Positions 32,572 to 39,373 of a stretch of DNA of 40,172 nt are shown piece after piece. Both the position numbers and the translations under genes were made by a program. Under the pieces are notes generated by a model. The model searched no databases, was not told the origin of the DNA, and worked only from the letters and a program-made list of their open reading frames with translations. Location: the IMG/VR virus record IMGVR_UViG_3300045988_146023; one strand, written 5' to 3'. Every line of letters begins with the position of its first letter. Positions within the stretch are counted from its first letter, which is position 1. Source of the stretch: a virus.

Positions 32572-33098
32572 TTCTTCCCCTCCATCTCTCTGTACATCCG
32601 GCTGGCCACAATCTCCCGGCTTCCCTGGTATTTTCCGTGGTAGGTATCCGTCACCTCGCCACACACAGGATGATAGGACAGTTGCCCTATCTCCATGTTG
32701 GGGTAGATGCGGACCGGCTCCACGGCGACGATCTCCAGGGTCCAGTAACCCCGGAAACCTACGTCACCATACCCGGCGGTAACGTGGATGAACATCCCCA
32801 GGCGGCCAATGGAGGAACGGCCCTCTAGTTTGGGAACCAATCCGTATGTCTCCGTCCACTCGTTGGTGCGACCGAGGTAGAGCTTCCCAGGGGTTAACAC
32901 AAGCCCCTCCTCTGGGATGGTGATGGTCCGTGTCCGGTTGTCCTGCCGGGGATCCAAGCAAGCCTCGGTATAGACCATCAACTCCGGGGCCAGGGAGACG
33001 TTGTAGCTGTTGGGGTTCAGCCGCTTCTCGTTCCACGGCTCGATCACAATGTTTCCTGCCTCATGCTGGAGCTTAATTTTATTTCCGGTTAAAATCAT
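32568..33098 (-). CDS. dcd: dCTP deaminase (dUTPase superfamily)
   Basis: 176 aa: IVIEPW...LNPNSYNVSL...GRSSIGRLG...H.TAG..D.GF.G..TLE. Confidence 0.85.
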   Translation of the reverse strand: MILTGNKIKLQHEAGNIVIEPWNEKRLNPNSYNVSLAPELMVYTEACLDPRQDNRTRTITIPEEGLVLTPGKLYLGRTNEWTETYGLVPKLEGRSSIGRLGMFIHVTAGYGDVGFRGYWTLEIVAVEPVRIYPNMEIGQLSYHPVCGEVTDTYHGKYQGSREIVASRMYREMEGKK

Positions 33099-33261
33099 AG
33101 GCTCCTCCTATCTGCATCTGCTCCGGGGTATCTGTCTCCCGGATTTCCACGTATTGCACATGACCGTACTTCTCTAGGTCCATGGCAATCCCTTCCCGGC
33201 TTCCCTGCGGGTTGGCCGCAGAGGACGGGATGGGTCGGAGTTTCGCGATTATCTCCCACAT
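33079..33261 (-). CDS. Hypothetical protein (about 60 aa) immediately downstream of the MazF-like gene
   Basis: ATG 33261 lies 5 nt after GAGG, which overlaps the toxin stop. GTG 33267 is the alternative start. Confidence 0.5.
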   Translation of the reverse strand: MWEIIAKLRPIPSSAANPQGSREGIAMDLEKYGHVQYVEIRETDTPEQMQIGGAYDFNRK

Positions 33262-33268
33262 AGGCACC

Positions 33269-33589
33269 TCACAATTCCAGCAGGCGGCACAGCGCTGCCT
33301 CTACAGTCGCCATCTCGCTATAAGGCAACGACCCGAGGCCGTGCCGCAGAATGTGCTCCGGCGCATTGCGCATCCTGTCCAGGCAAACATGATGCACATG
33401 CCCGCGAAACTGCACATCCGGGCGAGTAATGCTGCCATCAAACAATTTCGCCCGCCCCTGAACGATGGGGGCCACCACGATGTGGCCGGTCTCCCGGTTG
33501 GCCTGGTCCCCGGAGAGGACCAGGACAGTCATGCCATTGCCAGGGTCGCCGTGCTGGCGAAGCTTGTAAACGTTTCCTTTTCGAATCAT
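33269..33589 (-). CDS. PemK/MazF-fold toxin-like protein
   Basis: IRKGNVYKL....G..MTVLVLSGDQANRETGHIVVAPIV... aligns by eye to the MazF/PemK N-terminal pattern. Confidence 0.55.
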   Translation of the reverse strand: MIRKGNVYKLRQHGDPGNGMTVLVLSGDQANRETGHIVVAPIVQGRAKLFDGSITRPDVQFRGHVHHVCLDRMRNAPEHILRHGLGSLPYSEMATVEAALCRLLEL

Positions 33590-34140
33590 TCAAAACCCCT
33601 TTCATCGGGCAACGCAAATTGTTCCGCGAGACCACGGGAGAGTGCTTTCACGTCCTCAGGGAGGGCCTCAAAGTCCCGGGCCTGCTGGGCCCTGGCGCGG
33701 TAGCTGCGCTGCACGTTGGAGGCTACCACGCTTTGCACCGTGGCCTCGTCCATCATGGCCCATTCCCGGAGTTGTCGTGGGTCATGGACCACGGACTGGA
33801 GGACGGGCGGAAGTTTGCGGAACTCCTCCTCGGAGCCGTACAGGCTGTTTCGCAGGGCCTTGGAGATGTGCGCCCAGGCTTCCTGCTCGGTCATCTCCCT
33901 GGGCTTGGTGATGCGCCGGACGTGCTCCTTGACCTCCCCGATGGTAGGGGGGTATCCGGTGGTTTTCGTGGCAATGAGAGCCTTGACGGCCCCTGCCACC
34001 ACGTTGGCGGCATCGTCCTGGAACATGTCGTTCCAAAGACTGACAATGCCCTCCAGCTCTTTCCGCTCCATGCCCTTGTAGAAGCTAGGGAAGGCGGCCC
34101 GGAGAATAGCCAGGATGGAAACGGTCTCCTGTCTGTTCAT
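33586..34140 (-). CDS. Helicase loader (SPP1 G39P-like)
   Basis: ILAILRAAFPSFYKG......SLWNDMFQDD....V..AVKALI pattern, next to the replisome organizer. Confidence 0.55.
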   Translation of the reverse strand: MNRQETVSILAILRAAFPSFYKGMERKELEGIVSLWNDMFQDDAANVVAGAVKALIATKTTGYPPTIGEVKEHVRRITKPREMTEQEAWAHISKALRNSLYGSEEEFRKLPPVLQSVVHDPRQLREWAMMDEATVQSVVASNVQRSYRARAQQARDFEALPEDVKALSRGLAEQFALPDERGFE

Positions 34141-34808
34141 AATCCTGCCTCCTCCATCATGTCCAGGAACGGGTTAGAACTGTTGGGTTGGCGCTTTTTC
34201 TCTTCCTCCAGGCGATCCTCCACCCAGGAGAGAATGGCGCGGTAGTCGCTCTTGTACTTTTTCCCGGAACTCCCCTTGTAGTTGTCCAGAATCTCTATCA
34301 GCCTAGCGGTGTCGGCTGGTCCATGAGTGTCAAGCAGCTTCTGGTGCTCGGCATTGGTCATGGAGACGTACTCAGCCCATTGGACCTTCGGCTCGGTAGG
34401 GGGGACATGGGGGGTAATATTGTCTTCGTCTTTGTCTTCGTCTTTGTCTTTGTCTTTGTCTTTGTCTTTGTCTTCTTCTTCGTCTTTGCCATGTTTGCCA
34501 TTTTCATCATGGCAAATATGGCATTTGCTATTTTTGCCATCCTTTGCTTGGCCTTGCCATCTGGACGAGGCCCCTTTTTTTCCCGCATTAGACCGGGATG
34601 AGACGGTCTCTCGATACTTCTCGTTGTCGCGGTCAATCTGCGCTTTACAGGTATGGAACAGGAAGCGCTCGTTCCCGGGAAGGACCGGGTACTGGCCCGT
34701 GCGCTGATACTCCAGCAGCGCACGGACCAAGCGACCCACCTCCTCATCGCTCAACAGGGACCAGGTTTCCAGAGCGTCGGTAAATACCTTGATGTACGCG
34801 ATTTCCAT
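34137..34808 (-). CDS. Replisome organizer (DnaD-like C-terminal domain) with a KD-repeat linker
   Basis: The N-terminus IAYIKVFTDALETWSLLSDEEVGRLVRALLEY and the C-terminus WAEYVSMTNAEHQKLLDTHG...YKSDYRAILSW fit phage replication organizers. Confidence 0.65.
   Translation of the reverse strand: MEIAYIKVFTDALETWSLLSDEEVGRLVRALLEYQRTGQYPVLPGNERFLFHTCKAQIDRDNEKYRETVSSRSNAGKKGASSRWQGQAKDGKNSKCHICHDENGKHGKDEEEDKDKDKDKDKDEDKDEDNITPHVPPTEPKVQWAEYVSMTNAEHQKLLDTHGPADTARLIEILDNYKGSSGKKYKSDYRAILSWVEDRLEEEKKRQPNSSNPFLDMMEEAGL
34422..34487. repeat. Hexanucleotide tandem repeat, (GTCTTY) about 11 units
   Basis: gtcttc gtcttt gtcttc gtcttt x5 gtcttc ttcttc gtcttt. It encodes (E/K)D repeats in the organizer linker. 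Confidence 0.9.
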
Positions 34809-34812
34809 GCGG

Positions 34813-34989
34813 TCACCCGATCTGCCCTTCTTTGGTGATGAAGGCCTTGAGTTCGTCGGGGGAATAGTAGACCCTTGCTCCAATGTTCAGGGCGCGGACC
34901 TTGCCCGCGGACCTTAGCTCGTCCAGGGTGTCCACGCTGATGTTGAGAGCCTGTGCGGCCTCCTTGCGGGTGATAAGCAGTTTCTCCAT
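34813..34989 (-). CDS. Small HTH DNA-binding protein (excisionase/MerR-type)
   Basis: LITRKEAAQALNISVDTLDELRSAGKVRALNIGARVYYSPDELKAFI. SD AAGGAGG is present. Confidence 0.65.
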   Translation of the reverse strand: MEKLLITRKEAAQALNISVDTLDELRSAGKVRALNIGARVYYSPDELKAFITKEGQIG

Positions 34990-34999
34990 GTCAGCCTCC

Positions 35000-35542
35000 T
35001 TAGAACGGTAAATCTTCGTCCGGCTCGTTGGAAATGTCGGTAAATCCGCGGGTGTCACCGCCGTATGCCTTTGCGCCGTTCTGGAGGGTTTTCAGCTCGG
35101 GGACCTTGAAGTCTCCGTTTCGGATAGAATCCACGCTTCGGGTCTGGCGGACGGTGGGACGGGTTTTCACGGTGCCATCCTTGGCAATGTACTCTTCCAT
35201 TCCGATGACCACGCCGATATATTTCCGGCGCATATCCTGGAGGTTATCCTCCCGGAAGGTATAACCGGGGTTGGATTTTTCCAAGGCGGTCTTGAATGCC
35301 TTGAAGAATCCAAGGGCAGACTCTTTGTAACTGCGGGGGAACCGCATGGGCCAGTATCCTCGGTCCTTGTGCGTCTGGGTGTTACGGCCTCGATAGGGCT
35401 GTTCGACAAAGTCCCAACAAACCATGAGAAACTCGTCTGACTCATGGTCCTCCACCTCTGTGATGGCGGCCACATAACCGCCGGGGGCGACGGGGGTGAA
35501 GTCACCCATTTCCTGGACGTTGTTCCAATCAATTTTCCTCAT
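35000..35542 (-). CDS. DUF669-like ssDNA-binding protein with an SSB-type acidic tail
   Basis: The C-terminus ...NEPDEDLPF mimics the SSB tip (DDDIPF). It is adjacent to the AAA ATPase, as in Sak4/DUF669 modules. Confidence 0.6.
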   Translation of the reverse strand: MRKIDWNNVQEMGDFTPVAPGGYVAAITEVEDHESDEFLMVCWDFVEQPYRGRNTQTHKDRGYWPMRFPRSYKESALGFFKAFKTALEKSNPGYTFREDNLQDMRRKYIGVVIGMEEYIAKDGTVKTRPTVRQTRSVDSIRNGDFKVPELKTLQNGAKAYGGDTRGFTDISNEPDEDLPF

Positions 35543-35777
35543 TCTTGTCTTCCTCCTTGTCAGATGAATGGAAAGTGAGGGGGCAGTGGCTCCCAATGTA
35601 TCTTTCCGGGTACTCGCAGATTTTATCATTAAGCCCGCAGTGTCGGATAGTGTAGCGGAAGTATGGGCACTGGGAGCAGGAAACGTCTGCCCGGTCGTGG
35701 AAGTCCACAGGAAAGGAAACTTCTACGATGGCACTGGCTCGGATATATTCCTTTACGCCACTCGAAAACTCAGGCAT
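35529..35777 (-). CDS. Cys-rich hypothetical protein (82 aa)
   Basis: GGAGG lies 8 nt before ATG 35777. Cys motifs are CSQCPYF...C...C. Confidence 0.5.
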   Translation of the reverse strand: MPEFSSGVKEYIRASAIVEVSFPVDFHDRADVSCSQCPYFRYTIRHCGLNDKICEYPERYIGSHCPLTFHSSDKEEDKNEEN

Positions 35778-36423
35778 CTGGCGCACCTCCTGTCACGGGA
35801 GCCAGGCCCCAGTATTCCCGGATTCTTGTGTCGACGGCTTTTAGGTCGTTTTCGATTTCCAGGTCGAACATTTCCTCAGGGGATTTGCTGATGTCCATGC
35901 CGGAGGACTGGGTGCGGAAAAAGTGTCGGTCCCCCTCCACCATGCAGCGAAGAGCGATAGAGACCATCCCCTCTACACAGACTTTTTCATCCAGCAACTT
36001 GCCGATGGTCCGCAATTTGGTTTCCCCGTAGTCGGAGGTTGCCTCGTGCATGATGATGTACACAATCACGTCCTCGGGGAGGTCGTTTTGGATGAACCGT
36101 AGGAGATCCCAGAACGAATCCGCAATGTCGTTGTAGAGGTCAAAGCTGCTACTTCCGCTTTTGGGGGCGGAGTGCCCTCGCATAAATGTATTGGTGAGCA
36201 GGTACCCGGCGTCGTCGATGACGGCAGCCTTGGTGGGCATGGTTTTCAATCCCTTTTGGATTGTGTTGTAGCTGTCGGTCTTGGCGGTGTAGCGGAATTT
36301 TCCAGGGAACGGGAGGGGCTTTCCTATCACATTTACCAGGAAAATCTCATCCTCAGTGAAGTTCTTGAGGCTGCGGCTCTTACCGGATCCAGAGCGGCCA
36401 TAAATCAGGACGCTGACCCCCAT
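35770..36423 (-). CDS. AAA/RecA-like ATPase (Sak4/AAA_24-type)
   Basis: Walker A is VLIYGRSGSGKS and Walker B-like is AAVIDDAG. SD GGGGGAGG precedes ATG 36423. Confidence 0.75.
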   Translation of the reverse strand: MGVSVLIYGRSGSGKSRSLKNFTEDEIFLVNVIGKPLPFPGKFRYTAKTDSYNTIQKGLKTMPTKAAVIDDAGYLLTNTFMRGHSAPKSGSSSFDLYNDIADSFWDLLRFIQNDLPEDVIVYIIMHEATSDYGETKLRTIGKLLDEKVCVEGMVSIALRCMVEGDRHFFRTQSSGMDISKSPEEMFDLEIENDLKAVDTRIREYWGLAPVTGGAPDA

Positions 36424-36632
36424 TACTGCGCACCTCCCCCGGAGAGGACCCATTCCTCGAAAAGCTCTTCCCGTTCGGTCAGATAGACGGACAGGACGCA
36501 TGGATTGGCGATGATGAGGTAGTCCAGGAAGTCCTGGAGAGCTTCGTCCTTGATCCACTTCTGGACCATCTGGGCGGTGATCTCCATCTGGACTTTGCGG
36601 GGGAAGGGGTTGTAGGCGTTACTTGGTGTCAT
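36423..36632 (-). CDS. Hypothetical protein (69 aa)
   Basis: SD GAGGAGG precedes ATG 36632. Confidence 0.55.
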   Translation of the reverse strand: MTPSNAYNPFPRKVQMEITAQMVQKWIKDEALQDFLDYLIIANPCVLSVYLTEREELFEEWVLSGGGAQ

Positions 36633-37089
36633 GGTTCATTTCCTCCTCTGTTTCTTGGATCCAACGATGAACGACGTCGGATCCAACTTGGAAATACTGC
36701 ATCAGTTTGTGGATCCCGACTCCGTTTAGGTACATGGTTTTGAACCGTGGGGGGCGGGGGCGCTTTGGCCGTCCGGTCTTTCGAGGAAGCCCCAGGGTGT
36801 GGCACCACCGCTTGGCCCGGTCGGGGGAGACACAGTAGTGGTCCCCCAGCTCCTGGTATGTCATGGTTTTTGCCAGGTCTGCCAGGTCCTCCGGAATCTC
36901 CATCCTCCGGCGATACTGCCGGTTCAGGGGGCACTCCCGTCTCTCTGGATGGCACTCCTCCAGGTGGCAGTGCAGGCAGATGGAGATAAGCTGCGGCGGG
37001 TCCGTCCGTTGCGGGCGGCCAGGTGGGCGGGGTTGCTCATTCCAGGGACGGGTCCCGCCCTCGAAGGGGTTTTTGCGGCTTATGGTCAT
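36619..37089 (-). CDS. DNA-binding protein with two HTH-like segments (156 aa)
   Basis: MTYQELGDHYCVSPDRAKRWCHTLGL and GIHKLMQYFQVGSDVVHRWIQE. SD AAGGGGG precedes ATG 37089. Confidence 0.55.
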   Translation of the reverse strand: MTISRKNPFEGGTRPWNEQPRPPGRPQRTDPPQLISICLHCHLEECHPERRECPLNRQYRRRMEIPEDLADLAKTMTYQELGDHYCVSPDRAKRWCHTLGLPRKTGRPKRPRPPRFKTMYLNGVGIHKLMQYFQVGSDVVHRWIQETEEEMNHDTK

Positions 37090-37209
37090 CAGCCCCCTTT
37101 CTGCGCCTCTGCCACTCGCAGTGGGGGCAGATGTAGTGTTTGCCCCCTGGATCCAGACTGGAGACATTCCAGTCCCTCCCGCAAACATGGCAGAGGCGGT
37201 GCTTCCCCT

Positions 37210-37377
37210 GGATCACAGGACCCGGAGGGGGATGCCGAGACGGGCCAGGGCGGCGTTGGTGCGGGCTATTCGGCCCTTCTTGGCCTGCTCAGCGTGGCGC
37301 TTTTTCATGGCGGGGGCAATCGCCCGGATCATGGTGTCCTCGGCGAGGGCGGCTTTCTTGGTCTGGATGGCGTTCAT
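37210..37377 (-). CDS. Small basic helical protein (55 aa), not in the ORF track
   Basis: SD AAGGAG. The ATG overlaps the upstream stop (ATGA). Sequence: MNAIQTKKAALAEDTMIRAIAPAMKKRHAEQAKKGRIARTNAALARLGIPLRVL. Confidence 0.5.
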
Positions 37378-37826
37378 AGGGTTTTCTCCTTTTCGGTATA
37401 ATTTTTGCCACGGGGCTGATGGCTGGGGCGGTTTGTGGCTTTCCGCCAGTTGGCCACGGTCTTTTTGCAGACGTTGCAGGCCAGGCCGATTTGCAGGTCG
37501 TTGGCTCCCTTGTCGTAGAGGGTTGCGGCCAGTTCCCGATCAAAAGTTTGGGGGAGTTTCCGCTTCCGTTCCCGGACGGCCTGGGACGCTTTTTGGCGGG
37601 CCTTCTTGGTCAAAAGCTGTTCCTGGTGGGTTTTGCTGCTTCGGTAGAGGGAGCAGCCGCCCTGGGGTTCTGTATGCACTCCCTGTTTGATCCGGCTGGA
37701 CCTTGTGTGCCATAGATAGTCACAGGTCCAAAACTGGGACAAGTACCGGCAGCCGGCACATTTTGGATAGCGCCGCTTGTTGCTGTTCCGGACAACGGAA
37801 ACGGTCAAGCCGTAGAAGGTGGGCAT
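37374..37826 (-). CDS. Hypothetical protein with a C-terminal HTH-like segment (150 aa)
   Basis: SD GAGGGGG. NDLQIGLACNVCKKTVANWRK. Confidence 0.55.
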   Translation of the reverse strand: MPTFYGLTVSVVRNSNKRRYPKCAGCRYLSQFWTCDYLWHTRSSRIKQGVHTEPQGGCSLYRSSKTHQEQLLTKKARQKASQAVRERKRKLPQTFDRELAATLYDKGANDLQIGLACNVCKKTVANWRKATNRPSHQPRGKNYTEKEKTL

Positions 37827-37827
37827 G

Positions 37828-38028
37828 TTATACCCCCTCGCAGAGACGCCGGGCCAGGGTGGGAACTGAGATGCAGTTTTGATCCTGGAACCCTAAGTGG
37901 GCCTTGACCCACCGGCAGTCCTTGCCGGTGTACCGGGCCACTTCTTTGATGGAGAGGACGCGCTTGCCGTCGAAGAAGGTCAGTAGGTCCTCTAGGTTGT
38001 CGCGGTAGGCTGGGTGTTCTCGAGACAT
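37828..38028 (-). CDS. Small HTH protein, first gene of the early leftward operon
   Basis: VLSIKEVARYTGKDCRWVKAHLG. SD AAAAGGAGG is present. Confidence 0.6.
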   Translation of the reverse strand: MSREHPAYRDNLEDLLTFFDGKRVLSIKEVARYTGKDCRWVKAHLGFQDQNCISVPTLARRLCEGV

Positions 38029-38054
38029 GGTGATACCTCCTTTTTCGTTATTTC

Positions 38055-38082
38055 AATAGGCTGGTACAATAGACCTACCTGG
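38055..38082 (+). repeat. 28-bp inverted repeat, left copy (contains TGGTACAAT)
   Basis: AATAGGCTGGTACAATAGACCTACCTGG matches the reverse complement of 38354-38381 at 25 of 28 positions. Confidence 0.85.
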
Positions 38083-38353
38083 ACGCAGCGAACAGGTGAT
38101 CACAAAATGGGAGATGATTGCCATAGAGGGTATTCTCAGTAGCCTATTTCGCTTCCCCGTACCCGAGGCCGGTAAACCAACCCGGCTTTCCGATGCGTTG
38201 AAACACAGGCCGTTGCTGTGAGTGAGGATGCAAGGGGGATAGAAGCATGGTGACTCATGCGTCTATGGTTCAAACCAAACCGTAGTTTGCACCCTACATC
38301 GGGTTCAAGAACGGAAGAAGATGTCCGGGAGTCACACCGGGCATTTTCTTTGC

Positions 38354-38381
38354 CCAGATAGGCCTATTGCACCAGCCTATT
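38354..38381 (-). repeat. 28-bp inverted repeat, right copy (contains TGGTGCAAT on the minus strand)
   Basis: The minus strand reads AATAGGCTGGTGCAATAGGCCTATCTGG. Confidence 0.85.
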
Positions 38382-38389
38382 TGTTGTTT

Positions 38390-38435
38390 CCTATTCCATC
38401 CTGGGTGAATCTGTGGTATAAAAGGATGGAATAGG
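38390..38435 (+). promoter_or_regulatory. Extended -10 promoter (TGGTATAAA) bracketed by a perfect 12-bp inverted repeat
   Basis: CCTATTCCATCC (38390-38401) and GGATGGAATAGG (38424-38435) flank TG (38414-15) and TATAAA (38417-22). Confidence 0.5.
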
Positions 38436-38446
38436 GGGTGAATACG

Positions 38447-38929
38447 ATGCGAAGGATATTGCTTCTGGTTGCCGCCATCGTTCTTTGCCTTGGGCTCGGG
38501 TCCTGCCAAATGATGACGGAAGAGGAAATTCAGGCGGCGTATGACGAGGCTTTCGCTGCCGGGGCTGCCTCTGTCGATGTAACGTCACAGGTGGAAGACG
38601 CTCGAGCCGAAGGGTATGAAGACGGGCGCGACGAAGGCTACGACGAAGGGTATGACGCCGGATATGATGCTGGGATCGCGGAAGCGGGCGAGGCTTCCGA
38701 CGGTTCCTCCAGTTCTGCGGCGACGTACTCCGGAGGGACAACGTCCTCCAGTTCCGAGGGGTCCGGCTATGCGTCCCAGTCTGCCGTGACGGTGTATGTC
38801 ACAGACACGGGGAGCAAGTACCATTCCTATGGCTGCCAGTATCTGAGAGAGAGCTGCCACGGGATGACGCTGTACCAGGCCAAGCAGGCCGGGTATACAG
38901 CGTGCAGCCGGTGTGATCCGCCTGCATAA
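38447..38929 (+). CDS. Lipoprotein (moron) with a C-terminal Cys/His cluster
   Basis: The signal peptide MRRILLLVAAIVLCLGLGSC carries the lipobox LGSC. The linker is acidic and Ser-rich. The C-terminus is VYVTDTGSKYHSYGCQYL...GYTACSRCDPP. It is oriented opposite to the flanking early genes. Confidence 0.75.
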   Translation: MRRILLLVAAIVLCLGLGSCQMMTEEEIQAAYDEAFAAGAASVDVTSQVEDARAEGYEDGRDEGYDEGYDAGYDAGIAEAGEASDGSSSSAATYSGGTTSSSSEGSGYASQSAVTVYVTDTGSKYHSYGCQYLRESCHGMTLYQAKQAGYTACSRCDPPA

Positions 38930-38941
38930 CCTTCGAGCAAC

Positions 38942-38968
38942 GGGACCGCTTCGGCGGTCCTTTTGCTT
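38942..38968 (+). terminator. Rho-independent terminator of the lipoprotein gene
   Basis: GGACCGC-TTCG-GCGGTCC followed by TTTT. Confidence 0.8.
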
Positions 38969-38975
38969 TGATGCC

Positions 38976-38994
38976 GGTTCAATCTGATTGAACC
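38976..38994. promoter_or_regulatory. Distal operator-like palindrome GGTTCAA-TCTGA-TTGAACC at the 3' end of cro
   Basis: It has the same TTGAAC half-site and the same 5-nt spacer as the switch-region operators. Confidence 0.5.
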
Positions 38995-39203
38995 TTTTGC
39001 GCAAAAAAATACTGAGAAATTAGTTCTGCAGGGATTCCCAACAGATTTGAGGCTTGCACAATCTCTGACTGCTTCCATCCGGTTTTTCCGTTCAATTTCA
39101 AGGAAATGGAGCGTTCCGAAAGGTTCATGGCATCAGAAAATTTCTGTTGAGTACCGTAGACCTCTACGATTTTACCGAGGAGTTTCGAGTAATCAAAGGA
39201 CAT
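38979..39203 (-). CDS. Cro-like HTH regulator
   Basis: 74 aa, divergent from the repressor gene. HTH: QQKFSDAMNLSERSISLKLNGKTGW. Confidence 0.7.
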   Translation of the reverse strand: MSFDYSKLLGKIVEVYGTQQKFSDAMNLSERSISLKLNGKTGWKQSEIVQASNLLGIPAELISQYFFAQKVQSD

Positions 39204-39228
39204 AGGGGCACCTCCTTTCTCTCGGGTT

Positions 39229-39245
39229 GTTCAATTGCTTTGAAC
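39229..39245. promoter_or_regulatory. Operator O1 (GTTCAA-TTGCT-TTGAAC)
   Basis: A perfect 6-bp inverted repeat with a 5-nt spacer, downstream of the cro promoter. Confidence 0.6.
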
Positions 39246-39252
39246 TACCTAA

Positions 39253-39281
39253 AGTATATCACCGCGCGAAGAGGAAGTCAA
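39253..39281 (-). promoter_or_regulatory. Promoter of cro (lytic direction)
   Basis: On the minus strand: TTGACT (39281-39276), 17 nt, then TATACT (39258-39253). Confidence 0.6.
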
Positions 39282-39287
39282 TAGAGA

Positions 39288-39306
39288 AATTCAAAAAAGT
39301 TGAATT
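39288..39306. promoter_or_regulatory. Operator O2 (AATTCAA-AAAAG-TTGAATT)
   Basis: A perfect 7-bp inverted repeat with a 5-nt spacer, between the two promoters. Confidence 0.6.
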
Positions 39307-39321
39307 TATTCCCGTTTGCTA

Positions 39322-39350
39322 TTGAACTTTAGTTCAAAATCTGTTATAGT
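39322..39350 (+). promoter_or_regulatory. Repressor promoter with overlapping operator O3
   Basis: TTGAAC (39322-27), 17 nt, then TATAGT (39345-50) with an upstream TG. O3 is TTGAAC-TTTA-GTTCAA (39322-39337). Confidence 0.6.
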
Positions 39351-39373
39351 ATAGGGGACAGGAGGTGCCACCC

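Noticed and set aside
38128-38164. Minus-strand GGGUA...CUGAGAAUACCC resembling part of a TPP riboswitch
   Set aside because: The rest of the THI-box (the ACCUGAUCUGGAUAAUGCCAGCG-type pyrophosphate helix) is absent.
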